From a virus: a stretch of DNA of 64,000 nucleotides. The DNA lies in IMG/VR virus record IMGVR_UViG_3300042327_000544, positions 22,980 to 86,979 of that record. One strand, written 5' to 3'. Numbering within the stretch: position 1 is the first letter of the stretch; each line of letters starts with the position of its first letter. Shown piece by piece: positions 49,105 to 58,818 of the stretch. The notes below the pieces were generated by a model that worked only from the letters and a program-made list of their open reading frames with translations, was not told where the DNA came from and searched no databases. The translations under genes and the position numbers were made by a program.

Positions 49105-49789
49105 ACCTCAACTTAATAGATTTAACTTCATGTTTACCGTAAACTACACCCTTATGGTTTACACCATCTCTGTAATTACCAGTAGTCTTCCCTAACTTTT
49201 GCATCATAGCATTATGCTTATGATATTCGTGTCCTGTATTCTTATTATACTCTAATTCTTCAAAAGGTTTTTTGGTTGCCACCGATTCATTTAACTGACC
49301 AAGTGATATTGGCATCACAGCAGATACTGGAGTTCTTGCTGGCAAAATTATTTTATAATTTGATCTTGTAACCTGTCCTGCAACTTGCCAAGGACTTTCA
49401 AAAAATGAAGTTGAAATGAGTGTTGTGAAAATTTGGAATCCTTCTATAAATAGATTAGGCACTGGATATGAAAGCATACTTACATCTTCATCAGTTTTAA
49501 ATACTATTCCTGTGTTAAAGCTAACGGTTCCCCAACCTCTATCCATATTAACCCATTTATGCCCAGAAGTTACTTTTACACTAGATGGCAAGACATTCAT
49601 ATTTCCGTCCCACTCAAAAATAATATCGTCTGGAAAAGATATTCCGTACCCCATTTGATTTGCAAGGGTCATAGGAAAACATTTGTATGCATGAGGATAA
49701 GGAAGATCTGTAGCCCATTGTCTTTTTACAGACAACGGTTCTAATATAGCAGTAGGTCCTGGGAGTTCGTACACATCAAAATTATACAT
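49073..49789 (-). CDS. DUF6065-like protein
   Basis: R.W.....HAYKCFPMTLANQMGY motif. Confidence 0.6.
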   Translation of the reverse strand: MYNFDVYELPGPTAILEPLSVKRQWATDLPYPHAYKCFPMTLANQMGYGISFPDDIIFEWDGNMNVLPSSVKVTSGHKWVNMDRGWGTVSFNTGIVFKTDEDVSMLSYPVPNLFIEGFQIFTTLISTSFFESPWQVAGQVTRSNYKIILPARTPVSAVMPISLGQLNESVATKKPFEELEYNKNTGHEYHKHNAMMQKLGKTTGNYRDGVNHKGVVYGKHEVKSIKLRYDNGNLPLDE

Positions 49790-49798
49790 GTAATTATC

Positions 49799-49909
49799 CT
49801 AGTCAACTGTAATATTCAATGCATGATCTGAACAGTAATAGACCATCTTACCTTCTAGAGTTAACTTAGATGTATATGAGAGCTTGTCGCAATATGTACA
49901 AAAGTTCAT
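49799..49909 (-). CDS. Tiny Cys/His protein (36 aa)
   Basis: CTYC...YYCSDH; ATGA overlap with the HNH gene. Confidence 0.55.
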   Translation of the reverse strand: MNFCTYCDKLSYTSKLTLEGKMVYYCSDHALNITVD

Positions 49910-50190
49910 GATGCCTTCTTTCCGTGCTTTCTCATATGAGTTCTTACCCTATGACAATTTGAGCAAACTATTTCGCATTTGGCTATTTCTTCATCCAGAC
50001 GCTTCTTAGATAACGTATTGATTAGTTCCGCCACATTTGAATGCTTCCGCCCACGGACATGATCAAAGTCCATCATATAATAGGGATATGAAATCTTACA
50101 ATCCATACAAGGATTCTTTTCTTTAAGATCTTTTAAATACTGCGCCAGGAATTCTTTTTGTTTCTTGATCGATATCTTCTCTGGAGACAT
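49906..50190 (-). CDS. HNH endonuclease
   Basis: CMDC, MDFDH, EIAKCEIVCSNCHR. Confidence 0.85.
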   Translation of the reverse strand: MSPEKISIKKQKEFLAQYLKDLKEKNPCMDCKISYPYYMMDFDHVRGRKHSNVAELINTLSKKRLDEEIAKCEIVCSNCHRVRTHMRKHGKKAS

Positions 50191-50216
50191 ACCCCTATTA
50201 TATTACAAGATGTTTA

Positions 50217-50366
50217 TTAAATTACTTCAGTTGTGCTAAAAAGTTCTCTCTCCATTGAGATCTGTTGAACTTGTCCCTGATCTAACTTTGCTGTTGCTTC
50301 TTCTTCTGATCCCGCAATTACTGCTACTCTTACCTTTACATCGTATTGATATACATTGAATGTCAT
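50217..50366 (-). CDS. Hypothetical protein (49 aa)
   Basis: AGGA RBS; MTFNVYQYDVKVRVAVIAGSEEEA. Confidence 0.6.
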   Translation of the reverse strand: MTFNVYQYDVKVRVAVIAGSEEEATAKLDQGQVQQISMERELFSTTEVI

Positions 50367-50489
50367 ATTAATCCTAGTCGACTACTTTATAGATTCTACT
50401 AAATGTTAGTAAAATATTTTTTTAGAAGTATAGCTTCTATATTTGTTTTTATCTTTTTAATGATAACTTCCAGAATTTAAGCATACAAC

Positions 50490-50665
50490 CCCTATACCCC
50501 TTTTATGATTTCTAAAAGAGAACCCCGAAATGATCAGAGTATAAATCCGCCATTCATCGGTTCGAGCTGTTGCTATTATCTGAAAGTAATTGTAGAATTA
50601 CAACTTCCGTCATCATCGCACTTGGAGTTTAACCCCTTGATATTATCTCCTGAAACTGTCCAAGG
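50490..50665 (-). ncRNA. Candidate structured RNA or long leader
   Basis: Four consecutive hairpins downstream of a minus-strand promoter. Confidence 0.45.
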
Positions 50666-50670
50666 TTTAC

Positions 50671-50700
50671 AGTATAGCATTTGGGATTTTCGTAAGTCAA
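50671..50700 (-). promoter_or_regulatory. Sigma-A type promoter
   Basis: TTGACT-N18-TATACT with TG extension. Confidence 0.7.
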
Positions 50701-50969
50701 GGATCCAGGAAATATTTATTTCCCGCCCCCGTTTTGAAATTAGAGAAAATGTTAATATATTTTTAATATGTATGATACACACTATTTTTAATGTCCGATT
50801 TGTCCGATAGTGCGCCCATAACCCTATAATCTTGAGCGTGAGTGTGGCGTATCTCACAAAAATAGTTTGCGAATACTAGCGAGTAACCCCCCTAAATGTC
50901 AGTCCCCCCTGCTAGGCTTATAGTATAAAGAAAATCAAGAAAGGTTCTTGATAAAGAAAGGAAAACAAA

Positions 50970-52151
50970 ATGTTTTCACTAAGTTACAAAGTCCAATACT
51001 CGGACACCGAGTTCTCTACTTGTCTAGGTGTTCTAATGAATACCGAACAAGATGCTAATGAGTATCTTGACCTACTAGCCCTAAGAGGCACTATCTTAGA
51101 AACTAATCTAAGAGAGTTAGAAAATTACAAGCCTAGCACTCGCAAGGTTTATGCTACTACTAGAAGTTGGGAGTAATCTAATGAACGATTATCTTGATTA
51201 TATGGACGAAATCTACGAGGAACTCGTAGAGGAGTTCGGACACGAAATCGAGTCCGTGTGTGACCATAATCACACTAACGCCTAACGGCGTGTCGCTATA
51301 CAATGTCGGCGCTATGCGCTACAATTCCTACTATAACTACTAACGAAAGAAGAACAGATAATGACTATAACATACACACTATGGCAAGGTAGCCAACTAC
51401 TAGCCGTAAATCAAAAGGCTAATAAGCCCGAAGAAATCTTAGCGGTAATCGCTGAACTAAATAAACTCGGTAAGGGTTTCACCTATAACATTAGAGAAGT
51501 AGAGGTAAAGTAATGATGACCAAATGGGATACTATCCAAGCAGATGTAGCAGACGCCTATGTCTATCTAGATGAAGAAGAAATGTATAACAAGGCATTAG
51601 AAGAGGGCTTAGTAGAGTTAGGCTCTGATAATTATGATGAAGATGAACTATCTAAATCACTAACACTAGATTGGAATGACTAATGACTATTGAGATTGAC
51701 ACCTATGGATTTATGCTAGATACAGAATGGGCTTATGTAGCACTATCTTGGCAATTACTAATTACTAGCGCCCTACTAATAACCGCCTATAAGATTTATA
51801 AGATTTATCTAAAGCGAAACGGATTAGTAGGGTGGAACTACTAAATGACTACTAATCGCTTACTAACTACCGCCGTCCAATTACTACTAGCGGGCGTAAC
51901 TATCCCGCTACTAATCGCCGTAATCAAAGATATAAAAAATGGGGGACTAAATGAGTAAATCACAATTAGAAAAAGATTTAGAAATCAAAGAAAGTTTTAT
52001 AGATTTACTAAATGACATTTATCCAACTGTAAAAATCGGTTACTCAACTTTTACACCCGCCGAAATTCTAGAGTGTTGCGATCCCGTTGCGTTTGCGATT
52101 GGTTTAGTAGAACACGAAGATTATTTAGCGGAATTAGAAGATGAGACATAA
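50970..52151 (+). CDS. Cluster of seven small early-type ORFs (50970..51176, 51181..51285, 51361..51513, 51513..51683, 51683..51844, 51845..51958, 51951..52151)
   Basis: RBS or translational coupling; several acidic or hydrophobic; no recognisable families. Confidence 0.65.
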
Positions 52152-52415
52152 CTCACAATAAATAAACGGCGTGTCGGCTTGACAAAAGCTGATGCGCCCA
52201 CAAGGGTGCGGCGTCGGGCGTGTCGTTATGAAGTCGTTATAAAAAACCCTGAAATTTACGGCGTGTCGATTTGACAGACAAAACGGACATTTTGGTGTGA
52301 TGCTTATCACACGGCTTGAGCGTCTCACTATTTGGATTTACTGGCTAGTAATGTGAAAATGTCAGTGCGTTCGTGTATAATGTCTACTATAACAACAACG
52401 AAAGAAGGTCTGCCA

Positions 52416-52622
52416 ATGGCTACCAAACTATACACAATCGAAAGCCTACTTGTAGGAAAAAACTATCGCTCACGCAATCGCCACTTTTCTGGCGAAATTG
52501 TATCTGCCGAACATCGCCCAGAAATTTGGTATGGTGAAAAAACTGAAGCGTATCTAATCGAAATAAATGCGGGCGGTCTGCGAAATAAATTCGCAACAAT
52601 CGCAGTAAAGGTTGGTGAATAA
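52416..52622 (+). CDS. Small SH3-like hypothetical protein
   Basis: Start moved to the ATG after AACGAAAGAAGG. Confidence 0.65.
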   Translation: MATKLYTIESLLVGKNYRSRNRHFSGEIVSAEHRPEIWYGEKTEAYLIEINAGGLRNKFATIAVKVGE

Positions 52623-53132
52623 TAATGGGATACATCGAAATTTTCCGAATGGACAACGAGGGTGCTGGCTGGGTAGATTTATCCGAAGCAACGCCCGATG
52701 AATTATTCAACATCGAATTAGGATTACTAGAGGAAGGTGCGTTCGAATGAACTTAGACGAATTCAAAAAACACGTGTTAGAAACACGTCAAGCAAGCAAG
52801 GCAGAAGCCTTGTCAGTGCTATCTGCTACAATTACAAAATCAACAAACGAAAGGGAAAACCTAAATGGGTAGAATGAAAGAATTATACACTCAGATTTTA
52901 GAGTGTGATACCTGCTACGGAAATGGCTGGCTATACTACGGAGATGAAAATACTTATGATGTAGAGGCTTGCCAATGTAATCCGCTCAGTTTTTTTCAGG
53001 AGAATAAATAAATGAGCGAAATTGCTGGAATGTGGATTTGCGATAATTGCGATACTCTCGCCGTTGTGTCAGTGGAAACTGATACAATACTAATAACACA
53101 ATGTAAATGTATAACTAACGAAAGGGAAACTA

Positions 53133-53524
53133 ATGTATAAAATAACTTGCGCCTATGATAGCAACGCTCCCCACTGGTCTGCCGAATACGAAAACGAATA
53201 TGGTGCGTGGGAAAACTTTTTCTTATTCACCGACTGGGGAATGGCTAACGAATACTCAACTGTAAATCTATACACGCCGACTGGCAAATGCTATACAAAA
53301 GTTTTCTATCGTAGTGGAATGGTGGCAGTAAAATGATGACCCGTAAAGATTATGTTGCAACCGCAGAAATTCTAAAGTATGCAAGCAATAAAATTCACCC
53401 CGCTGTTTTTTCTAAAATTGTAAATGATTTCGCTGAAATGTTTGCGATTGATAATGAAAGATTTGATGTAAAACGATTTCACGAAGCGAGTGGATATAAT
53501 GTTCCTAACTTCACTTCAAGATAA
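53133..53524 (+). CDS. Two small hypothetical proteins (53133..53336, 53333..53524)
   Basis: RBS; ATGA coupling; second has the MTRKDY...DNERFD..RF..A pattern common in phages. Confidence 0.7.
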
Positions 53525-53780
53525 AGTAAAACGCATTCAGGAATTGCGTCGCAGTAATGCGGCGCAACCTGTTCGCAATAAAAAAAAATACACACGCAAA
53601 ATAAAACATAAAAATAAATTCGATCAATAAAATTAATTTGTCGACAAAGCGCCCGCAAAGCTGCGGGGTCGGGCGTGTCGTTAAGACTGTGATCAAAATC
53701 ACCCTGGAAATTTGCGGCAGGATTGGAATATGTCGGTCCATTCTGCTATACTTACAACCTTACCAACGAAAGGCCAACTA

Positions 53781-54500
53781 ATGAAATTGAAACGATCTAA
53801 TGATAGAAAGGTGGCTAACCTTGTCACAAAAAATGGAAAGCAAGCCGCAATTGCGAACACGTTCGGGCTCCCTGCAGGAAAAGATTATTCATGCCCTGGT
53901 GCCACTAGTATTTGTGAGAGTGTTTGCTACGCAGGAAAATTGGAAAAACTCTTCAAGGGAGTAAAAACTAATCTGCTACACAATTGGGAATTGCTACGCA
54001 ATGCCGATATGGAAACAATGTATCAATTGCTAAATGAAATGATTATTGATTTCAAGGCTGATTGTGTAAAGAAAGACGCCCCTATGCTATTCCGTATCCA
54101 CTGGGACGGAGACTTCTTCAATGATTTCTATACTTATGCCTGGAAGAATGTAATCAATGAGCACACCGATGTTCAATTCTGGGTTTATACACGTGTAAAG
54201 TCTGCAGCGCTTATTCTAAAGGATGTATCTAATTTATCTCTTTACTATTCCACCGACGATGAGAATAAAGAAATTGGCCACGAACTAAAAGTAAATGAGG
54301 GAATTCGCCTTGCATACTTAGGGAAGACATTCGCCGTCACCGAAAGCACAATGAAAGAATTGACTGGTAAGCCTGGCGCTAAGTGTCCAGAGAATATGAA
54401 ATCAATTCCACTTATTAGCAATGCAGGGTCCGCTTGTGTGTCTTGTGGATTGTGTGTCTACGGTAAAGCAGATATTAGATTTTCTGCGAGTAAAAAATAA
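53781..54500 (+). CDS. GP88-like Cys-rich (radical-SAM-related) phage protein
   Basis: SCPGATSICESVCYA, FRIHWDGDF, FWVYTR, KCPE..CVSCGLC. Confidence 0.75.
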   Translation: MKLKRSNDRKVANLVTKNGKQAAIANTFGLPAGKDYSCPGATSICESVCYAGKLEKLFKGVKTNLLHNWELLRNADMETMYQLLNEMIIDFKADCVKKDAPMLFRIHWDGDFFNDFYTYAWKNVINEHTDVQFWVYTRVKSAALILKDVSNLSLYYSTDDENKEIGHELKVNEGIRLAYLGKTFAVTESTMKELTGKPGAKCPENMKSIPLISNAGSACVSCGLCVYGKADIRFSASKK

Positions 54501-54787
54501 TGGCAGATCTATTAGGTGCCATGATAGGTGGCGGATTAATGGCTGTACTTTTTTTGCCCGTCCCTATAATAATTTGGATGATATTTAAAAGCATGTAGCG
54601 GCGTGTCGGCTTGACAAGATCAAGCTGGCCCGCAAAGGTGGCGGCTTATCCACAGGTTTACGGCAGTTATCCACAACCCCCCGAAAATGTGAGTATTATC
54701 ACAAAAGCTGCGACACGCCGAGGATGGATTAGGTAATGTCAGTGGCTAATGGTAAAATACTCTTATTCCAACAACGAAAGGTAACAA

Positions 54788-55281
54788 ATGTCTAATCTAA
54801 TCAAAGTTCCACACACAGTAGTATTCGAGGCTATTATTGACTTGGATAAAATTCCTGCAAATTTATTGCCACGACTAATTGCTCTTAGCGAAACAGATTT
54901 ACTTACTATGTGCAAGGAAGCAACAGTAAATGCTATTAGCGAAAGTAAATTCTTACAAATTGCTAATGAAAATAATTCTTGGGCAGAAGTAACTATCAAG
55001 GGAGATAACTAATAATGGGATACAACACAGCGTTAGATTTAGCAGACTTAGATTTAGAACAAGGTATTGCTATTCACTTACAAGGTAATCATTACCCACC
55101 CGTTCCGTTATCTATGGTGCAACCTTGCATAGATGCAATAGATGCTTACTATGATGAGGACTATAATAAACTAATCGAAATGCCTGAAGGCGTATCGTAT
55201 CGTGGAGAAAAGTTTGCACCCGCCTCCGCTATTATCGAACAACACCACCTAGACGCTTGGCTACCTGAGAGCGAATACTGA
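54788..55281 (+). CDS. Two hypothetical proteins (54788..55012, 55015..55281)
   Basis: RBS present; second has HLQGNHYPPVP...HHLDAW. Confidence 0.7.
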
Positions 55282-55397
55282 GATCAAAACTAGGCGTGTG
55301 AGTTATCTCACACGCTTGGTATCTCGCATAATGAGATTGGGGTAGAAAATGTCAGACCCCTTTGCTATAATAAGACCCTAACAAGAAAGGAAGCAAA

Positions 55398-55571
55398 ATG
55401 ACAATAGATAACAAAGTCTATCAGGTCGGTGATTTATTCACTACCCTGAAGTCTAAAGAAACAGGCGTAATCAAAGAGATTATTCCTAACTCATCTGGCT
55501 CGGTGAGAGTTCGTCTGGAAACAGACAACGGAGAACGCTGGACAACAGTTCTAGCCGATAACCTAGCCTAA
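55398..55571 (+). CDS. Small SH3/KOW-like protein (paralog of 56221..56403)
   Basis: YQVGDLFTTLKSKETGVIKEII..TDNGERW versus YRKGDVFTTGKSGITGTIEEII..TENGLRW. Confidence 0.7.
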   Translation: MTIDNKVYQVGDLFTTLKSKETGVIKEIIPNSSGSVRVRLETDNGERWTTVLADNLA

Positions 55572-55701
55572 TCACCTAGCGAAACAGGGGCAGTTTAGAG
55601 AGTGTTCTCGCCCAATGTCGTAAGTAAGAACTCTCCACCTTCGGGTGGAAATGTCAGACCCCCCTGCTATACTAATCAACCAACCAACGAAAGGAAATAC
55701 A

Positions 55702-56118
55702 ATGAGCAGACAAATCACAGTAAAGGTAGCAACAAGCAAAGTAATCAAGGCACTAGAGGCTCGTCTAGCAACGCTAGAAAACGATTACAACACACAGACC
55801 GCAAAGGAAGCAAAGTTCGGCAAAGCGCAAGAAGCGTGGCGCAAGGAAATCGGCAAGTGGGCTATTGCTAACTTCTCAAAGGCTGAGAACCTTCGCACAA
55901 ACTATCGTCAATGGAACAACACTCTCAATGTTGATTTTGACATCATCACAAAAGATGGAAGTTTTCCTGCTGAACCTGAAAAGGATTTTGAGGTTATCCA
56001 TCAGCACCAGTATCGTGAGATGAAAGAGGACATTACAAATGCTCTCACAATTCTCAAGATGACAGATGAGGAAACAGTAAATGCTTCCACAATGAAGCAG
56101 ATTGCTAAGTATCTCTAA
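55702..56118 (+). CDS. Hypothetical helical protein
   Basis: Start moved to the ATG after AACGAAAGGA. Confidence 0.75.
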   Translation: MSRQITVKVATSKVIKALEARLATLENDYNTQTAKEAKFGKAQEAWRKEIGKWAIANFSKAENLRTNYRQWNNTLNVDFDIITKDGSFPAEPEKDFEVIHQHQYREMKEDITNALTILKMTDEETVNASTMKQIAKYL

Positions 56119-56220
56119 ATAGGTTTTGGGGGGTTAGCACACAAAGTCTAGACACCTAAACCCAAACAACCTGAGTAAGTTGCTAAACTGCTCACCAACC
56201 AACTACCGAAAGGAAATAAA

Positions 56221-56403
56221 ATGTCACCAATTCTAGATACCGCTAAGGGTCGCTTCTACCGCAAGGGAGATGTATTCACAACTGGCAAATCAGGAATTAC
56301 TGGCACTATCGAGGAAATCATTTCTATCCGTCCAACTCTAACTAAACTTGGATTGAATACAGAAAATGGTCTTCGCTGGGCAATGGTAAAAATCGGCGCA
56401 TAA
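56221..56403 (+). CDS. Small SH3/KOW-like protein
   Basis: Paralog of 55398..55571. Confidence 0.7.
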   Translation: MSPILDTAKGRFYRKGDVFTTGKSGITGTIEEIISIRPTLTKLGLNTENGLRWAMVKIGA

Positions 56404-56472
56404 TCTTATGGGGGCTAGACAAAAGCTAGCCCCCAATGTTATACTTCTTATCCCTACTAAAGAAAGACCAAA

Positions 56473-56700
56473 ATGAAAAATCGTTATCGTGTAGAAATCT
56501 ATGACGCAAACAAGATGAATGATGTAACTATTTATTCAGAGCAAGGTGTAGATAGAGATTATCTAACTGAATTAGTTTTTTCTAATTTGCGAAAGTTTCA
56601 CGGAAGAGTAAATGCTTACGTGTATGACAATGTAAAAAAGAAAAAGGTTACAGCAATGTTTCTTGATGAAAGTATAACTAAAAAGTTTCAAGCAAATTAA
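56473..56700 (+). CDS. Hypothetical protein
   Basis: Upstream TAGACA...TATACT promoter-like element within a GC hairpin. Confidence 0.65.
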   Translation: MKNRYRVEIYDANKMNDVTIYSEQGVDRDYLTELVFSNLRKFHGRVNAYVYDNVKKKKVTAMFLDESITKKFQAN

Positions 56701-56918
56701 AAGTTGGGGCGGGATCAATCCGAAATCCCGCCCTATCTATTTGTCGACAATGCCCGCAAGGGTGCGGGGTTATCCACAGCCTTACGGCTACCTGTGGAAA
56801 AACCCTGAAAATTTGTGAGAATGATCACACCGCCCAATTCGGACATATTGTATCTAACCATTGATAATGTCAGACCCACCTGTTATAATGAATCTAACAA
56901 ACAAACGAAAGGTAAAAA

Positions 56919-57926
56919 ATGGCTCATAATCTCGAAGTCGAAAATGGCGAAGTTGCTTTCGCTCTCCGTGGCGCTCCTGCTTGGCACAACCTTGCAAACC
57001 GCATCTTTACAAAAGATGAGGAAGTCACAACTCAAACAATGCTTGACGAAGCAAAACTTTCCAACTGGAATGTTCGCTTGTCTCCACTAACTGACCACAT
57101 TTCAGAATCTTGGAATGATGTATCTCAGGCATCTCTTGTCATTCGTGACAACCCATTCAATAAGGGAATCGATGTTCTCGCAACTGTTGGTAAGCGTTAC
57201 AAGCCTGTGCAGAATGAAGAACTATTCGCATTTGCTGATGCAATTCACGATGCCAATGCTGATTGCCGTTGGGAATCTGCTGGCTCACTAAAAAAGGGTA
57301 AAGTAGTTTTCGGCACTGTCGATATTCCCCGCACAATGGTATTAGACCCACAAGGCGCTAATGACCAAACTAAATTATATCTAATCGTATGGACATCACA
57401 CGATGGCTCTGTTGCTGTTCAAGCAGCCGTTACACCTGTTCGTGTTGTGTGCCAAAACACGCTAAACCTTGCAATGAAGAATGCTAAGCAATCTTTCAAG
57501 ATTCGCCACACGCAATCTGTTGAAGGTCGCATTCAAGTTGCTCGTGAAACTCTTGGGCTTGCTCTTGGATACTTTGATGAATTCGAAGTTCAAGCAAAAG
57601 CGCTTTACTCACAAGCAATCACTGATGCTGAATTCTCTAAGTTGATTCAGACAATCTATCCTAAGCCAGATAAAGATGCAGCGAAGGTTGCTCTTACTAA
57701 GTGGGAAAATAAAGTTGTCCTAATCGATGACCTTTATCATAACTCACCAACTAACGCTACAATCAAGGGAACTAAGTGGGGTGCGTTCAATGCACTAACT
57801 GAGCGCCTTGATTACTATCGTTCAGGTCGTGGCAATTCTGAAACACTAATGGCTGGTGCATCAGGCTTTGACCCAATTCTAACTGCTGAAAAAAATAAGT
57901 TGTATCGAATGGTTGCAACTTTCTAA
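56919..57926 (+). CDS. DUF932 / TIGR03299-type phage protein
   Basis: MAHNLE..PAWH.L, RYKPVQN, ESAGSL, SHDGS, TPVRVVCQNTL, RHT, GTKWGAFNALTE. Confidence 0.85.
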   Translation: MAHNLEVENGEVAFALRGAPAWHNLANRIFTKDEEVTTQTMLDEAKLSNWNVRLSPLTDHISESWNDVSQASLVIRDNPFNKGIDVLATVGKRYKPVQNEELFAFADAIHDANADCRWESAGSLKKGKVVFGTVDIPRTMVLDPQGANDQTKLYLIVWTSHDGSVAVQAAVTPVRVVCQNTLNLAMKNAKQSFKIRHTQSVEGRIQVARETLGLALGYFDEFEVQAKALYSQAITDAEFSKLIQTIYPKPDKDAAKVALTKWENKVVLIDDLYHNSPTNATIKGTKWGAFNALTERLDYYRSGRGNSETLMAGASGFDPILTAEKNKLYRMVATF

Positions 57927-57965
57927 ATAAAAAAAATCCTAGGCAAGATTTAAAACTGCCTGCAA

Positions 57966-58039
57966 GATCTCTTAGCTCAGTTGGTTAGAGCGCTACCCTG
58001 TCACGGTAGAGGTCACGGGTTCAAGTCCCGTAGGGGTCG
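57966..58039 (+). tRNA. tRNA-Asp(GTC), CCA not encoded
   Basis: Acceptor GATCTCT/AGGGGTC, D-arm GCTC/GAGC, anticodon stem CTACC/GGTAG with loop CTGTCAC, GGTTCAAGTCC T-arm, G discriminator. Confidence 0.93.
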
Positions 58040-58158
58040 CTAAATAGATTTGTCGACAATGCCCGCAGTATTGCGGGTGTGATTTTAATCATACGGGGAT
58101 CGTAAAAAATTCCCTGGAAAAGCTAGTAAATGTCAGTGGGGTCCGCTATAATACTCGC

Positions 58159-58818
58159 ATGACAACTTATAATAAGTATACCTGGGTGTGCACGGGAGAC
58201 TGTGATGCTCTAATTGAATATACAATTAAAGATGGATTTGGATGGCCAAACGGTGTGATGCAACTCACATGCCCTTGCAACTCTAGATGCACCTTGGTGT
58301 CAGTGGAAGATGCTACAATACCGTATACAGATACACCCCTAACGAAAGAGGAACCAATGGAAACAACAGAAACATCAGCAGTAACAATTCCTGATACATA
58401 CAATCCTAATTTATTGGTTACATACAAAGTAATCCGTGGTTATTCAGATGCAGAATATGCAACTGACAAAGTCACATCAATTGAATGGGACCTACACAAT
58501 GCACGTCAGGCACAGAAGCAGAATGGTGTCTACCAAGACAAGATTAATACAGTCAAGGATATTATCACTGAGGCATATGCCGATTCAGATGACCAAGATA
58601 CACTCCGTTCAATTGCTGAAGCGCTTGGCATTGAACTAATCAGAGAAGTTCTATTTACTGCGACTCTTGAAGTTAGCGGAACATATTCATACAATGTATT
58701 AGATTCAGATTATGAATTGGACCTTGATTCAGAAGTCACAGATGCTCTTTACGCCGATTCAAATAACGGTAACATCACAATCGATGACACCGAAGTTTGC
58801 CACGTAAGAGAAGCATAA
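58159..58818 (+). CDS. Hypothetical protein with two nested starts (58159 leaderless; 58357 with own promoter and RBS)
   Basis: Promoters at 58131 and 58298; Cys-rich N-terminal extension. Confidence 0.7.
   Translation: MTTYNKYTWVCTGDCDALIEYTIKDGFGWPNGVMQLTCPCNSRCTLVSVEDATIPYTDTPLTKEEPMETTETSAVTIPDTYNPNLLVTYKVIRGYSDAEYATDKVTSIEWDLHNARQAQKQNGVYQDKINTVKDIITEAYADSDDQDTLRSIAEALGIELIREVLFTATLEVSGTYSYNVLDSDYELDLDSEVTDALYADSNNGNITIDDTEVCHVREA

Noticed and set aside
55350-55665. GGGGTCTGAC (minus strand) resembling a Tn3 terminal repeat
   Set aside because: It is the promoter box plus a C-rich spacer; same orientation in all copies, no transposase.
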